DNA of 64,000 nucleotides. It comes from a candidate division WOR-3 bacterium (GTDB lineage: Bacteria > Hydrothermota > Hydrothermia > JBDRYB01). The notes beneath the pieces were generated by a model. It ran no database searches. It had not been told where the DNA came from and was given only the letters and a program-made list of their open reading frames with translations. Of this stretch, positions 28,520 through 39,307 are shown piece after piece. Made by a program: the position numbers and the translations under genes. Each line of letters begins with the position of its first letter. The stretch's first letter is position 1. The stretch spans positions 32,001-96,000 of the forward strand of contig JBDRYB010000005.1 in NCBI GenBank assembly GCA_039803205.1, given 5' to 3'.

Positions 28520-31500
28520 CCGACAACTTCTCTAATTCCCTCCGGGGAATGGAAACACGATAATTGTGGGCGCCGCTGGAACGGGAAAAACTACCGACAA
28601 CTTCTCTAATTCCCTCCGGGGAATGGAAACAGCAAGAGAAACAGGATTATGGCGCCGGCTATGAGCCGACAACTTCTCTAATTCCCTCCGGGGAATGGAA
28701 ACACCGCTATCACACCGTCAGCGCTCGTTCGCTTCCAACCCCGACAACTTCTCTAATTCCCTCCGGGGAATGGAAACGGCTATATCCACTGGCAACGAAG
28801 TTCCGTCAAATAGCTCCGACAACTTCTCTAATTCCCTCCGGGGAATGGAAACAATAAGATGACACCTGAGCTGTGGGAAATGTTAGATAGCCGACAACTT
28901 CTCTAATTCCCTCCGGGGAATGGAAACGATTGTGGGAGGCAAGGCCCGAGTGCAGGCCAATTGCCGACAACTTCTCTAATTCCCTCCGGGGAATGGAAAC
29001 GGACTGCTGGATGTCCCTCATGGGCTACGCGGCAGTGCCGACAACTTCTCTAATTCCCTCCGGGGAATGGAAACTTTTCCCGTTTTCGAGTTTGTCAAGG
29101 TGCTTAGAAGATCCGACAACTTCTCTAATTCCCTCCGGGGAATGGAAACAATAAAAGTGCCAGTAGGCTCAATGCCATTCTCTTTCCGACAACTTCTCTA
29201 ATTCCCTCCGGGGAATGGAAACATTCCTATGTGATTTTCCCTGGCTCAGAGAGTATTCCGACAACTTCTCTAATTCCCTCCGGGGAATGGAAACTGAACT
29301 CTTGGCAAAACAGTTCTCTATTGCTGTAGTCCGACAACTTCTCTAATTCCCTCCGGGGAATGGAAACGACCATCTTTCGACCAGGCACGGGTCTATTTTG
29401 AAATCCGACAACTTCTCTAATTCCCTCCGGGGAATGGAAACTCTCCTTTTTACGCGCTTCATTTGTTGAGGGGTTGAACCCCGACAACTTCTCTAATTCC
29501 CTCCGGGGAATGGAAACAGGAGCTACTTCAACATTTTCAGATGTAGCAATAGAATCCGACAACTTCTCTAATTCCCTCCGGGGAATGGAAACTATGTCAT
29601 CAACCGGGTCTTGCGAGCGTCCGGCTATTCCGACAACTTCTCTAATTCCCTCCGGGGAATGGAAACAACCTATAATCCCTCCACGAGAAATTTGGAAGCG
29701 AGTGACCGACAACTTCTCTAATTCCCTCCGGGGAATGGAAACCGTAATAGCTTTGGCTCTTGCGGTCTGGGGTGCAAGGACCCGACAACTTCTCTAATTC
29801 CCTCCGGGGAATGGAAACCATAGCCATCAGAACTGCTTCAGCTTCTGCCTGGCTTTCCGACAACTTCTCTAATTCCCTCCGGGGAATGGAAACTGTCTTA
29901 TAGTATATATCATAAAGAAGCTTTGTTGCCCGACAACTTCTCTAATTCCCTCCGGGGAATGGAAACACAGACATAGCAAGAAGCATAGAACGCCGTGGAA
30001 CCAAAGCCGACAACTTCTCTAATTCCCTCCGGGGAATGGAAACATCTGCTGTCTCAGCAGTGGCCCGGGCTAGAAGAGCACCGACAACTTCTCTAATTCC
30101 CTCCGGGGAATGGAAACCTGGCGATCTTTCACTTATCCGCCAGCCCGAATATTATACCGACAACTTCTCTAATTCCCTCCGGGGAATGGAAACGCCACTA
30201 TGGATATGATGTCATATGTTGCTTTCATTCCGACAACTTCTCTAATTCCCTCCGGGGAATGGAAACGGTTCTCTCAAGTATTTGAGCATAGCTCCATCCC
30301 CCCGACAACTTCTCTAATTCCCTCCGGGGAATGGAAACGGATCATAGTAGGCATTAATACGCTTAGGCAACAAACCGACAACTTCTCTAATTCCCTCCGG
30401 GGAATGGAAACATTGACCCTCAAACCCGACTTTCTGGCCTAGTTCCGCCGACAACTTCTCTAATTCCCTCCGGGGAATGGAAACCGGTTGGGGCAACGCT
30501 GGCCGGGTTGGAGGCTGGCATATTCCGACAACTTCTCTAATTCCCTCCGGGGAATGGAAACGGATAGTGGATGAGGGAGGGGCGGCTTTCTACGACCCCG
30601 ACAACTTCTCTAATTCCCTCCGGGGAATGGAAACAATTACAACTTTTTCTGCTTGTTCTAGTGGTAGATCCTCCGACAACTTCTCTAATTCCCTCCGGGG
30701 AATGGAAACCTCCGGCTGTAAAGGAGAATGTAATCTCGGCCTTGCGCCGACAACTTCTCTAATTCCCTCCGGGGAATGGAAACTGATTACTAATGCTGGT
30801 GCCCGGTTTATCCGCAATATCCGACAACTTCTCTAATTCCCTCCGGGGAATGGAAACCTGACTTTCTGTCAGCCCGAACATTATAAAGCTAAACCGACAA
30901 CTTCTCTAATTCCCTCCGGGGAATGGAAACAATACTGGCTACTTGAGCTTTAAGAGTATCAATCTCAACCGACAACTTCTCTAATTCCCTCCGGGGAATG
31001 GAAACAAAAAAGAGCAGTCTGGCTCCAGAGCTGGCTTTAAGCTGGCCCGACAACTTCTCTAATTCCCTCCGGGGAATGGAAACCCAATGACTCTAAATTT
31101 ATAATCAATATCATCATTAGCCGACAACTTCTCTAATTCCCTCCGGGGAATGGAAACGCAGGGTTTCGATAGGCGATGATGTCCTTGCGGCTCTCCGACA
31201 ACTTCTCTAATTCCCTCCGGGGAATGGAAACGCGGTTTCCTCGCCATAAACCGAGCCAACGAGCCCCGACAACTTCTCTAATTCCCTCCGGGGAATGGAA
31301 ACTCGCTCATCGAGCACACACTCGTCCATTTATCTTTTGCCCCGACAACTTCTCTAATTCCCTCCGGGGAATGGAAACAAATTGCCTCACTAATGCTTCG
31401 GCTATCTCTTGGGGGCCGACAACTTCTCTAATTCCCTCCGGGGAATGGAAACACATAGTAGTTAAATGCACTATACCTGGTTCAATAGGCCGACAACTTC

Positions 31501-31674
31501 TCTAATTCCCTCCGGGGAATGGAAACTTCTTAGGGAAGCTAGTTTGGGATCAACGAAGTCAGCCGACAACTTCTCTAATTCCCTCCGGGGAATGGAAACG
31601 CATCCGGTTTCACAGGCAATAGGTATTTTGCCGTTCACCGACAACTTCTCTAATTCCCTCCGGGGAATGGAAAC
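28520..31674 (+). CRISPR. CRISPR array: 43 copies of a 37-bp repeat, 42 spacers of about 34-41 bp
   Basis: Repeat CCGACAACTTCTCTAATTCCCTCCGGGGAATGGAAAC, counted manually; internal hairpin TTCCC/GGGAA; 3' GAAAC end and leader position give + orientation. Confidence 0.98.
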
Positions 31675-31848
31675 GATTATCTCCCGCACAATTTCAAGCC
31701 ATTTTCTGCGCGAACGAGTCTCAATAAGAGAAAGGGTGGCATGGGAGTTCCTTACTCCACGAGGTGAGGAAATGGGTAAGGGCCAGGGATTTGACCTCTC
31801 TTCCCTAGATGATGCTCGGTCTGAGGCGTAGGTGCCCAGCCTGCGCTA

Positions 31849-33114
31849 TCAGAATCCGTTCCTCCGCAATGCCTCCCTCTGATACCTCAGAAACCTCTCT
31901 TTGTGCCTGAAATCCTGGGCCTCATCAACCACGGCCAGCCCCCTCTTTATCAGGTGCGCGTTTATGAAGGTTCTGTTCCACAGGTAAAGGTAGACAGGGG
32001 TTATCTCGTTTTCAGGGGGGAGCGCGGGGTCTTCCTTAATGAAAACCCTCTGGCCCCCGGTCTTCTTTATGAGAAAGTCCAGGGCTTCCGAGCGCTTTTC
32101 GGGCCTCTCCTTTACACCTATGAGCCTGATGGTTCGCCCATCGGACAGGATCATTCGCTCCGGACTCAGAATCTCCCCTATCCGGAAGTATTCTGGTTCC
32201 TCTCGCCTGAAATCCGAGAGCTTCCGAAAGCCTTGCGGGTCCTTGTAAATATAAGGCAATCTAGAGAGAGCCGCGCCCCGGTCAAACGGTTTTGGTTCTT
32301 TTCTCAAAATCTCCAATTGGCCATCAAACCCACCTATGTATGAAAGCTTCTTCTGAATAATCGGTATGTAGTCAGGGTTAATCTCATATCCAAGTGAATT
32401 CCGACCCAAAGCGGCCGCGGCGAGAGCGGTCGTCCCTGAGCCGAGGAATGGGTCAAGAACCGTCTCCCCAGGGAACGAGAACATCCTAATGAGCCTCCGG
32501 GGCAGTTCCAAGGGGAACATGGCGATGTGCCCGCGCTGTTTCTCGCCAGGGAAACTCCAGTGGCCGGAGAAGAACTCTTTCCACTCGGTTTTGGAGAGCC
32601 GGGCGCCTGATTTTTGCTCTGGGGTGGGGGAAGGGGCCTTGCCCGGTTTCCTGAATATCAGGATGAACTCGTAATCTATTTCAAGGATGCCATTGCGGGG
32701 ATATGGGAAACTGCCCATGAGTGAGGCTCCGCCGCTGGTCTTCATGGTCGTCCGCTTCTGCCATATTATCGTTCCCATGTGGTCAAATCCAAGCGCGAGC
32801 ATGAAACGGAGTATCTCCTCTCTGATGGGAATAACAGCGTATCTGCCGTATTCTTCGGTTCTAGCGAACTGATCGCCTATATTCACACAAATCCTGCAAC
32901 CTGGGTGCAAAACCCTCGCGCACTCAGCCCAGACCATGTTGAGGTCGTTGATGTATTCCTCGTAGGATTGTCCGTGGCCGATCTGCCCTGGGATCCCATA
33001 GTCCTTTATGTGCCAGTATGGTGGAGAGGTTATTATGAGGTGGACGGCATTATCCGGAATTTCGGACATCTCCCTCGCATCGCCGATGATCACTCTGTGG
33101 AGGGTCTGGGGCAT
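31849..33114 (-). CDS. N4-C/N6-A DNA methyltransferase (beta class) fused to a C-terminal thermonuclease (SNase)-like domain
   Basis: TSPPY precedes DPFLGSGTT; C-terminus IRLIGV...YLYL.N.TFINAHLIKRGLA. Confidence 0.85.
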   Translation of the reverse strand: MPQTLHRVIIGDAREMSEIPDNAVHLIITSPPYWHIKDYGIPGQIGHGQSYEEYINDLNMVWAECARVLHPGCRICVNIGDQFARTEEYGRYAVIPIREEILRFMLALGFDHMGTIIWQKRTTMKTSGGASLMGSFPYPRNGILEIDYEFILIFRKPGKAPSPTPEQKSGARLSKTEWKEFFSGHWSFPGEKQRGHIAMFPLELPRRLIRMFSFPGETVLDPFLGSGTTALAAAALGRNSLGYEINPDYIPIIQKKLSYIGGFDGQLEILRKEPKPFDRGAALSRLPYIYKDPQGFRKLSDFRREEPEYFRIGEILSPERMILSDGRTIRLIGVKERPEKRSEALDFLIKKTGGQRVFIKEDPALPPENEITPVYLYLWNRTFINAHLIKRGLAVVDEAQDFRHKERFLRYQREALRRNGF

Positions 33115-33117
33115 CTC

Positions 33118-33987
33118 TCAATCGTATTCGGCCTCCGAGAGCAGGATGTATTTCTCCGGATTGCGCGGGATTCCGTTAACCCTCACCTCATAGTGAAGGT
33201 GGGGGCCAGTTGCCTTGCCCGTTGAACCAGTGTAAGCAATTATCTCTCCTCGTTTGACCTGCATCCCCGGCGAGACAGCGAGCCTTGAGCAATGGGCGTA
33301 ATATGTGGTAATTCCCTTCCCGTGGTCTATCTCAACAGCAAGGCCGTAGCCCTTGTCCCATCCAGCTGATATGACTACCCCATCCCCAGCAGAGATTATG
33401 GGTGTGCCAGCGGGTCCCGCTATGTCAAGCCCAGAATGAAACCTCCATCCACCATAGACCGGGTCCCTCCTGTAACCGAAGCCGGATGTGACTACTCCGG
33501 CCGCTGGCATTATGCAAGGCATATTTTTTTGGTCGCTTATTCTGGATCTCAACTCCTTCTCTAAGGCCGCGAGGTCCTCAGCCTCCTGTTGGGCCAAAGC
33601 CAGGAGTCTTTCTAACTGCCATGTTTCAGGGGATTCTGTCCCTATGAAACCGCCCCTTGGCAATTCCTCGTATCCCTCAGGTTTAAGCGGAAGCCCGAGT
33701 ATGAGCCTTATTTCTCTCTCTCTGGCAAGGGCCTCCGAGAGCCTCTCCTCAGCCTCAGCGACGCGTCCAGCCCTCGCCTCCGCGTCCTGATACTTTGCGA
33801 TGAGAACTCGTTTCTCTGCGTAGGCCGCGAGGCCATAGATTACCCCACCTAGGCCAAGTATGCCCAAAAGCACGAGGAGTAGCAGGGAACCAGCGCCCAT
33901 CCATATTGTCCAGAGGGGAAGCCGGATATCCCGTGTCTTATCCTTCCCTATGAATACCTTTAAATACACCTCACCATTTCTAAACAT
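33118..33987 (-). CDS. M23 family metallopeptidase
   Basis: N-terminal TM, coiled coil, HSGLD, YAHC, TGPHLHYEV. Confidence 0.92.
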   Translation of the reverse strand: MFRNGEVYLKVFIGKDKTRDIRLPLWTIWMGAGSLLLLVLLGILGLGGVIYGLAAYAEKRVLIAKYQDAEARAGRVAEAEERLSEALAREREIRLILGLPLKPEGYEELPRGGFIGTESPETWQLERLLALAQQEAEDLAALEKELRSRISDQKNMPCIMPAAGVVTSGFGYRRDPVYGGWRFHSGLDIAGPAGTPIISAGDGVVISAGWDKGYGLAVEIDHGKGITTYYAHCSRLAVSPGMQVKRGEIIAYTGSTGKATGPHLHYEVRVNGIPRNPEKYILLSEAEYD

Positions 33988-34078
33988 TGCCCAAAGTATA
34001 AGCCCCTCGCGCGGAGCCGATCAACCCGCGCCACACTTGCACTTACCCGCGCCTATGGCGTATATTATGGAGCTCACG

Positions 34079-34483
34079 ATGAAAAAAGGAGTTTTATTAT
34101 TTGCCCTCATAGCACCAGCATGCCAGAGGGGGGATCCTGTTCAGGTAGGCCTTGATTACCTTACCCTCATAGAGGAGGGCAAATATGACCAGGCATACGA
34201 GCTCATAGACAAGATATCCAAAGAAAATACCAGCAGGGAGGATTTCAGGAGGTTCTGGGAGGAACAAGAAGCCAAGTATGGAAAACCCTACAAACACGAG
34301 ATCGTTGAGACCGGAACGGACAGCGGAATGATAGTCATAGATTACAACTGGTATTACCACCCCCCGGTTGACACTCACTTTTACGAGCCCATGAGAAGCT
34401 ACAGGCTCAAGCTCAAGAGGGATTTTCAGGGATGGAGGGTGAAGTTCCGCAAATACAAGATAATAAAGACGCCCCGTGGATGA
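34079..34483 (+). CDS. Hypothetical lipoprotein
   Basis: MKKGVLLFALIAPAC lipobox-like signal. Confidence 0.65.
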   Translation: MKKGVLLFALIAPACQRGDPVQVGLDYLTLIEEGKYDQAYELIDKISKENTSREDFRRFWEEQEAKYGKPYKHEIVETGTDSGMIVIDYNWYYHPPVDTHFYEPMRSYRLKLKRDFQGWRVKFRKYKIIKTPRG

Positions 34484-36207
34484 ACAGAGAGGAGCTCATC
34501 AGTCGTTTATCCCACTTGCCAGAGAGCAGGAAACGGGTCTTTACGGATGAGGAGCTCGATGTGATAGCCCGTCTCATGTCCGCGTGTGCTGAAACAGGCC
34601 AGCCCCAGATTGATATAAGGAAGACGGCTGATGGCGAACGCCATTCTTACCATTTCCTCATAGTAGCTCCCGACTGGGCAGGCATGCTTGATGCTGTTTC
34701 CGGAATAATTCACGCGGCAGGGCACAACATAAGCTACCTGACGGCTATGGTGGACTCCTCCGGCAAGCTGGCGGTCATAATGATGCTCCTCTCGCTGGCC
34801 GCTGAGGAAGCAAAGCGATTTGAGAACCAGAAGGCTGAGTTCATCTCCCTCCTCAAGATGGCCGCGCAGGGCGGGCTTTCGGTAAGGAGGATGGTGACAA
34901 TAGGAGCGACGAAGATAAGGGTTTTCAGCGCTGTTCTCAGGGAGCTCAAACACCTTGCTCCTCCTGATGAATTCGCTGAGATCATCGCTCCGGGCGGTGA
35001 GCTTGAGCAGTTCATAACTACCCGCTCAGAATCATACCTCACAGAGCGTCTTCCGGGGGACATAGCCCTCATAATACTCACCCAGAGACGCTTCCAGAAA
35101 AAGGTGAAGGAAGGAGCAGGGGTTCAGGTCAAGGTATCAAACATAAAAACCACAAAGGAACACCTGACCGGCGTGACGGTAGCGGGACTTGATAGGTTCC
35201 TCTCCCTTGACGCTGTTCTTGATGCCATAAGGGAGTTCCTCCCGGATTACAAGCGCAGGTATGACAAGGAGTTTGTCACGGAGGACGGGGTCTCGGTTGT
35301 GAGGGTTGAGATAACGGATGCGGATTACAACCCCCTTTCGGCCAGCGATTGCTTGTCCCTTGAGAACTTCCTGAGAACCCGGCTTGAGGAATCAAGGGTT
35401 CAGAGAAGGGACCTGAGGCTCAAGTCGGGCGCGGAGCTCATAGGCAGAATACTCGTTCCAAGGCTCATAGAAGAGACCGATTTAACCGAAAGGCCCCAAC
35501 TCCTCATCCTCCCTGAGGGCATGGAAGAAGGGGTGGTGCAATTCAGGCTCATCTTGGTCAACAGAGGGGAGGATCTCTCCGATGGAATAAGACGAAGACT
35601 AGATGAAGTCAAGGGAATAGTGGTTTCAAGCCTTAAAGTGAGCCCAGCGAGGGACAAGAACATATGCCTTTTCTCCCTTTATGTTGATTCCTCTTATTTC
35701 GGTTCAGAGGAAGAGATATACGCCGCGATAAAGAAGGCTGTTCAGGAATACTTTCCGGATGTCCGCGACTTTGATGAGGGAATGAGGCGAATGGGTGTTG
35801 AGCGCCTCAGACGCATAACCGAGATAGTGGTAGAGAGGGGAATAAGCCCCCGTTTTGCGAAGAGGGTATTCTACGCCATGGACGACGCTTACAGGGTGAC
35901 AACCCCTCCCGAGGAGATAGCTGAGGAGATAGTGTTCGTTCAGGATATCCTGAGCCGGTTCCTCTCAAAGGGGGAGGTTGTTGCTGATTACATAGCCCAA
36001 TCCGATTCTTACTTCTTTGGGGTTGCTGGGCCGCGAGGCCTTCTTTCCCTTGAGCCATTCGTGGAACTGCTCAGGCCCTACGATCCGATCTTCACGGGCC
36101 TGGAGATGATGGGGGTCAACATATACCTCTTCAAGCTCAAGAAAACAAAGGCTCTAAAGCCTAAACTGCTATTGAAAGAAATGAGACAAAAGGAGATAGC
36201 GAGATGA
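34480..36207 (+). CDS. ACT-domain-containing protein of unknown function
   Basis: IVAPDWAGMLDAVSGIIHAAGHNI resembles an ACT start; further ACT-like segments; ATGA overlaps on both sides. Confidence 0.6.
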   Translation: MNREELISRLSHLPESRKRVFTDEELDVIARLMSACAETGQPQIDIRKTADGERHSYHFLIVAPDWAGMLDAVSGIIHAAGHNISYLTAMVDSSGKLAVIMMLLSLAAEEAKRFENQKAEFISLLKMAAQGGLSVRRMVTIGATKIRVFSAVLRELKHLAPPDEFAEIIAPGGELEQFITTRSESYLTERLPGDIALIILTQRRFQKKVKEGAGVQVKVSNIKTTKEHLTGVTVAGLDRFLSLDAVLDAIREFLPDYKRRYDKEFVTEDGVSVVRVEITDADYNPLSASDCLSLENFLRTRLEESRVQRRDLRLKSGAELIGRILVPRLIEETDLTERPQLLILPEGMEEGVVQFRLILVNRGEDLSDGIRRRLDEVKGIVVSSLKVSPARDKNICLFSLYVDSSYFGSEEEIYAAIKKAVQEYFPDVRDFDEGMRRMGVERLRRITEIVVERGISPRFAKRVFYAMDDAYRVTTPPEEIAEEIVFVQDILSRFLSKGEVVADYIAQSDSYFFGVAGPRGLLSLEPFVELLRPYDPIFTGLEMMGVNIYLFKLKKTKALKPKLLLKEMRQKEIAR

Positions 36208-37298
36208 AAACGACCATATCCGTAATCAAGGCTGATGTAGGCGGCTATGTGGGCCACTCAAGCATGCATCCTGCCCTCATTGAAAAGGCAGAGGAAATGC
36301 TTAAGAAGGCCAAAGACGAATCTCTAATCCTGGACTTTTCCGTTCTCAGGGTCGGCGATGACCTTGACCTCGTGATGACGCACACCCATGGCGCTGACAG
36401 CCCAAAGATACACGGTCTCGCGTGGAAGGTATTTGAGGAATGCACGGAGATAGCAAAAGAGCTTGGGCTTTACGGCGCCGGTCAGGACCTTCTCGCCGAC
36501 AGCTTCTCCGGCAATGTGAAGGGAATGGGGCCTGGGGTCGCTGAGATGACCATAGAGGAGCGCCCGTCCGAGCCCATAGTGATATTCTGCGCGGACAAGA
36601 CAAGCCCATCAGCCTGGAACCTGCCCCTGTTTGAGATGTTCGGAGACCCACAGTGCACAGCCGGCCTCGTCATAGACCCGAAGCTCCACGATGGGTTTGT
36701 GTTCCATGTCCTTGATGTTTATGAGGGGGACCTCTTCAGCCTCGCTTGCCCTGAGGAGATGTATGACCTTCTCGCGATAATAAGCGGAACTGGCCGTTAT
36801 GTGGTTAAGGAGGTCACGAAACGCGACGGAACCCCCGCGGCCTCGGCCTCTGTTCAGAAGCTCAACTTCATAAAGGGCGAGTATGTGGGGAAGGATGACC
36901 CCGTGCTCATCACGAGAGGCCAGAGCGGTTTTCCCGCGATAGGGGAACTGCTTGAGCCCTTCGCGAGGCCCCATCTGGTTGACGGGTGGATGAGAGGAAG
37001 CCACATAGGCCCCTTGATGGCCGTTCCTTTCCACCAGGCAAACCCATCCCGTTTTGATGGACCGCCAAGGGTAATAGCCGCCGGCTACCAGCTCAAGGAT
37101 GGCAAGCTGGTAGGCCCGCGCGACCTCTTTGATGACCCTGCTTTTGACAACGCGAGAAGGGTTGCCACCGAGATGGCGAACTTCATGCGCAGGCAAGGTA
37201 TATTTGAGCCCCACAGATTGCCCGAGAGGGAAATGGAATACACGACCCTACCCCTTGTTTTGGAGCGCCTAAAGTCCAAGATGAAGAAGGAGAAGTGA
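36204..37298 (+). CDS. fbp: Bifunctional fructose-1,6-bisphosphate aldolase/phosphatase (class V FBPase)
   Basis: SVIKADVGG, LYGAGQDLL, YVGKDDP, GWMRGSH, RFDGPPR, FEPHRL, MEYTT. Confidence 0.96.
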   Translation: MKTTISVIKADVGGYVGHSSMHPALIEKAEEMLKKAKDESLILDFSVLRVGDDLDLVMTHTHGADSPKIHGLAWKVFEECTEIAKELGLYGAGQDLLADSFSGNVKGMGPGVAEMTIEERPSEPIVIFCADKTSPSAWNLPLFEMFGDPQCTAGLVIDPKLHDGFVFHVLDVYEGDLFSLACPEEMYDLLAIISGTGRYVVKEVTKRDGTPAASASVQKLNFIKGEYVGKDDPVLITRGQSGFPAIGELLEPFARPHLVDGWMRGSHIGPLMAVPFHQANPSRFDGPPRVIAAGYQLKDGKLVGPRDLFDDPAFDNARRVATEMANFMRRQGIFEPHRLPEREMEYTTLPLVLERLKSKMKKEK

Positions 37299-37299
37299 G

Positions 37300-38436
37300 T
37301 TGGAGGAGGTAAGCCTTTCCGAGTTCCGGGAATATGTGGCCCAGGTCGCTGAGAGGGAGATAGCTCCGCGAGCAGTTGAGGCTGACAGGAACGAGGTGTT
37401 TCCGTGGGATAGCTGGAGGGCGCTGGCCGGGAACGACCTTCTTGGGGTGAACGCTTCGCCTGATTTCGGTGGGATGGGCCTCAGCAATCAGCACTACGCT
37501 GTAATGATTGAGGAGATAACCAAAGCGGATCCCTCGGTGGCCGTGACGGTTGCGGTTCACACCGGCCTGGTTATCCACATGATAGAAACCTTTGGGACCC
37601 ATGAACAACAGAATAAGTATCTCCCCGGCCTGATAAGGGGCGATCTCCTCGGCGCGTTCTCCTTATCCGAACCGAACGCCGGATCCGACGCAGGGGCCAT
37701 AAAGACAACGGCAAAAGAGACCCCCGATGGTTTCATCATAAACGGGTCAAAGATCTTCTGCACCTCCGGAAACATCGCCGACATCATAATCACATTCGCG
37801 GTCACAGACCCGGAACTCGGCAAAAAAGGAATATCAGCCTTCATAGTTGAAAAGGATACGCCGGGATTCTCCGTTCCAAGGCTGGAGCACAAGCTCGGCT
37901 GGAGAGGCTCCCCCCTGGCTCAGTTGGCGTTTGATGACGCTTTTGTCCCAAAGGAGAACATGCTTGGGGAGCGCGGGGCCGGGATGAAGCTCGCCTTAAC
38001 CGCGCTTGATACTGGCAGGGTCGGGATGGCCGCGATGGGAACGGGCATCATAGCAGAAGCCCTCCGCCTCTCCTCTCAATACGCGAAGGAGCGCCATCAG
38101 TTTGGCCAACCAATAGGCTCTTTTGGCGCGGTTGCTGACATGATAGTCGGGATGGCTGTAGCTTACGAGGCCGCACTTCTTCTTACCCTGAACGCGGCCA
38201 GGCTCAAGGACGAAGGCAAGCGCTTCACAAAAGAGGCATCGGTAGCCAAGCTCTTTGCTACGGAGGCGGCCATGAGGGCCGCGATAGACTGCATACAGGT
38301 CTTCGGGGGATACGGATACACAACCGAATACAAGCCGGAGCGCCTTTTCAGGGATGCGAAAGCGCTTTCCATCGTTGAGGGGACAAACCAGATACAGAGG
38401 ATAGTGATAGCGAGGGAGGTCCTGGGGAGGTTTTAG
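37300..38436 (+). CDS. Acyl-CoA dehydrogenase
   Basis: LSEPNAGSD, NGSKIF, ERHQFG, FGGYGY, EGTNQIQR. Confidence 0.95.
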   Translation: MEEVSLSEFREYVAQVAEREIAPRAVEADRNEVFPWDSWRALAGNDLLGVNASPDFGGMGLSNQHYAVMIEEITKADPSVAVTVAVHTGLVIHMIETFGTHEQQNKYLPGLIRGDLLGAFSLSEPNAGSDAGAIKTTAKETPDGFIINGSKIFCTSGNIADIIITFAVTDPELGKKGISAFIVEKDTPGFSVPRLEHKLGWRGSPLAQLAFDDAFVPKENMLGERGAGMKLALTALDTGRVGMAAMGTGIIAEALRLSSQYAKERHQFGQPIGSFGAVADMIVGMAVAYEAALLLTLNAARLKDEGKRFTKEASVAKLFATEAAMRAAIDCIQVFGGYGYTTEYKPERLFRDAKALSIVEGTNQIQRIVIAREVLGRF

Positions 38437-38502
38437 GGCCGGTTGACCCAGGCCCCTTAGGAACTGGTGCAGGGACACTAGCCTATCCGTTATAATTTCG
38501 TC

Positions 38503-39243
38503 ATGCCAACCCTTGAGAACTTGTTGAATGTTGATATTTCTTCGGTATCTTTCTGGGCCGCTTGCGGATTTTCCCTCATAGGAGGCGTTCTCTCGTTCCT
38601 CTCGCCCTGCGTTTTACCCCTCATCCCCGCCTATGTCTCGTTCATATCCGGAATATCCGTTGAGGAGCTCACGGGCCAGGGCCTCGGGAGATCAACCGCC
38701 CGCGTCGCGATAGCCGCATTGCTTTTTGTTCTCGGCCTCTCAACCATATTCGTCGTGGCTGGGGGCATATCTGGGGCCCTCTCCTCATTCGTGGCAAATT
38801 ACATGAAGATAATAGAGAAGGTAGCGGGGGTTCTGATCGTCCTCTTCGGCATATACCTTCTCGGCTTCTTCAAGTTCGGTTTCATGGAACAGGAACGCAG
38901 GCTTAGGCTATCAAGGCCGGTGAACCTGGTTGGCGCATACCTTCTTGGCCTCGCCTTCGCTTTCGGTTGGACCCCGTGCATAGGCCCCATAATTGCTGGA
39001 ATACTCCTCATTGCCGCAACCCAGGGCGCCGTCAAGGGAATGATACTCCTCCTCTTCTACTCCCTCGGCCTATCCATACCATTCATAATTTCAGCCCTGG
39101 CACTGAACGCCTTCTTCTCGGTCTTCAAGAGGATAAAGAAGGCCTTCAGGGTAATAGAGATAATATCGGGCGTTCTCCTTATTGTCGCTGGCATCCTGGT
39201 CTTCTTCGGGATTCTCAGTCAGGCGGTGTCGCTTTTGCAATAG
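38503..39243 (+). CDS. ccdA: Cytochrome c biogenesis protein CcdA (DsbD transmembrane domain)
   Basis: SFLSPCVLPL and WTPCIGP. Confidence 0.93.
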   Translation: MPTLENLLNVDISSVSFWAACGFSLIGGVLSFLSPCVLPLIPAYVSFISGISVEELTGQGLGRSTARVAIAALLFVLGLSTIFVVAGGISGALSSFVANYMKIIEKVAGVLIVLFGIYLLGFFKFGFMEQERRLRLSRPVNLVGAYLLGLAFAFGWTPCIGPIIAGILLIAATQGAVKGMILLLFYSLGLSIPFIISALALNAFFSVFKRIKKAFRVIEIISGVLLIVAGILVFFGILSQAVSLLQ

Positions 39244-39307
39244 GAAAACCGTAGCCGCTTTCGCTCACAAAAACCCCGATCTTGTTTATATCATCGGGGC
39301 TCTCGTG

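Noticed and set aside
30421..30433. Spacer 26 shares AAACCCGACTTT with 6750-6761 (possible self-targeting)
   Set aside because: Only 12 nt match and the flanks disagree; compatible with chance
31675..31750. Possible 43rd spacer plus degenerate terminal repeat
   Set aside because: Similarity to the repeat is too weak to support
28564..31831. Many short ORFs on both strands
   Set aside because: Translations of CRISPR repeats and spacers (PTTSLIPSGEWK, DNFSNSLRGMET)
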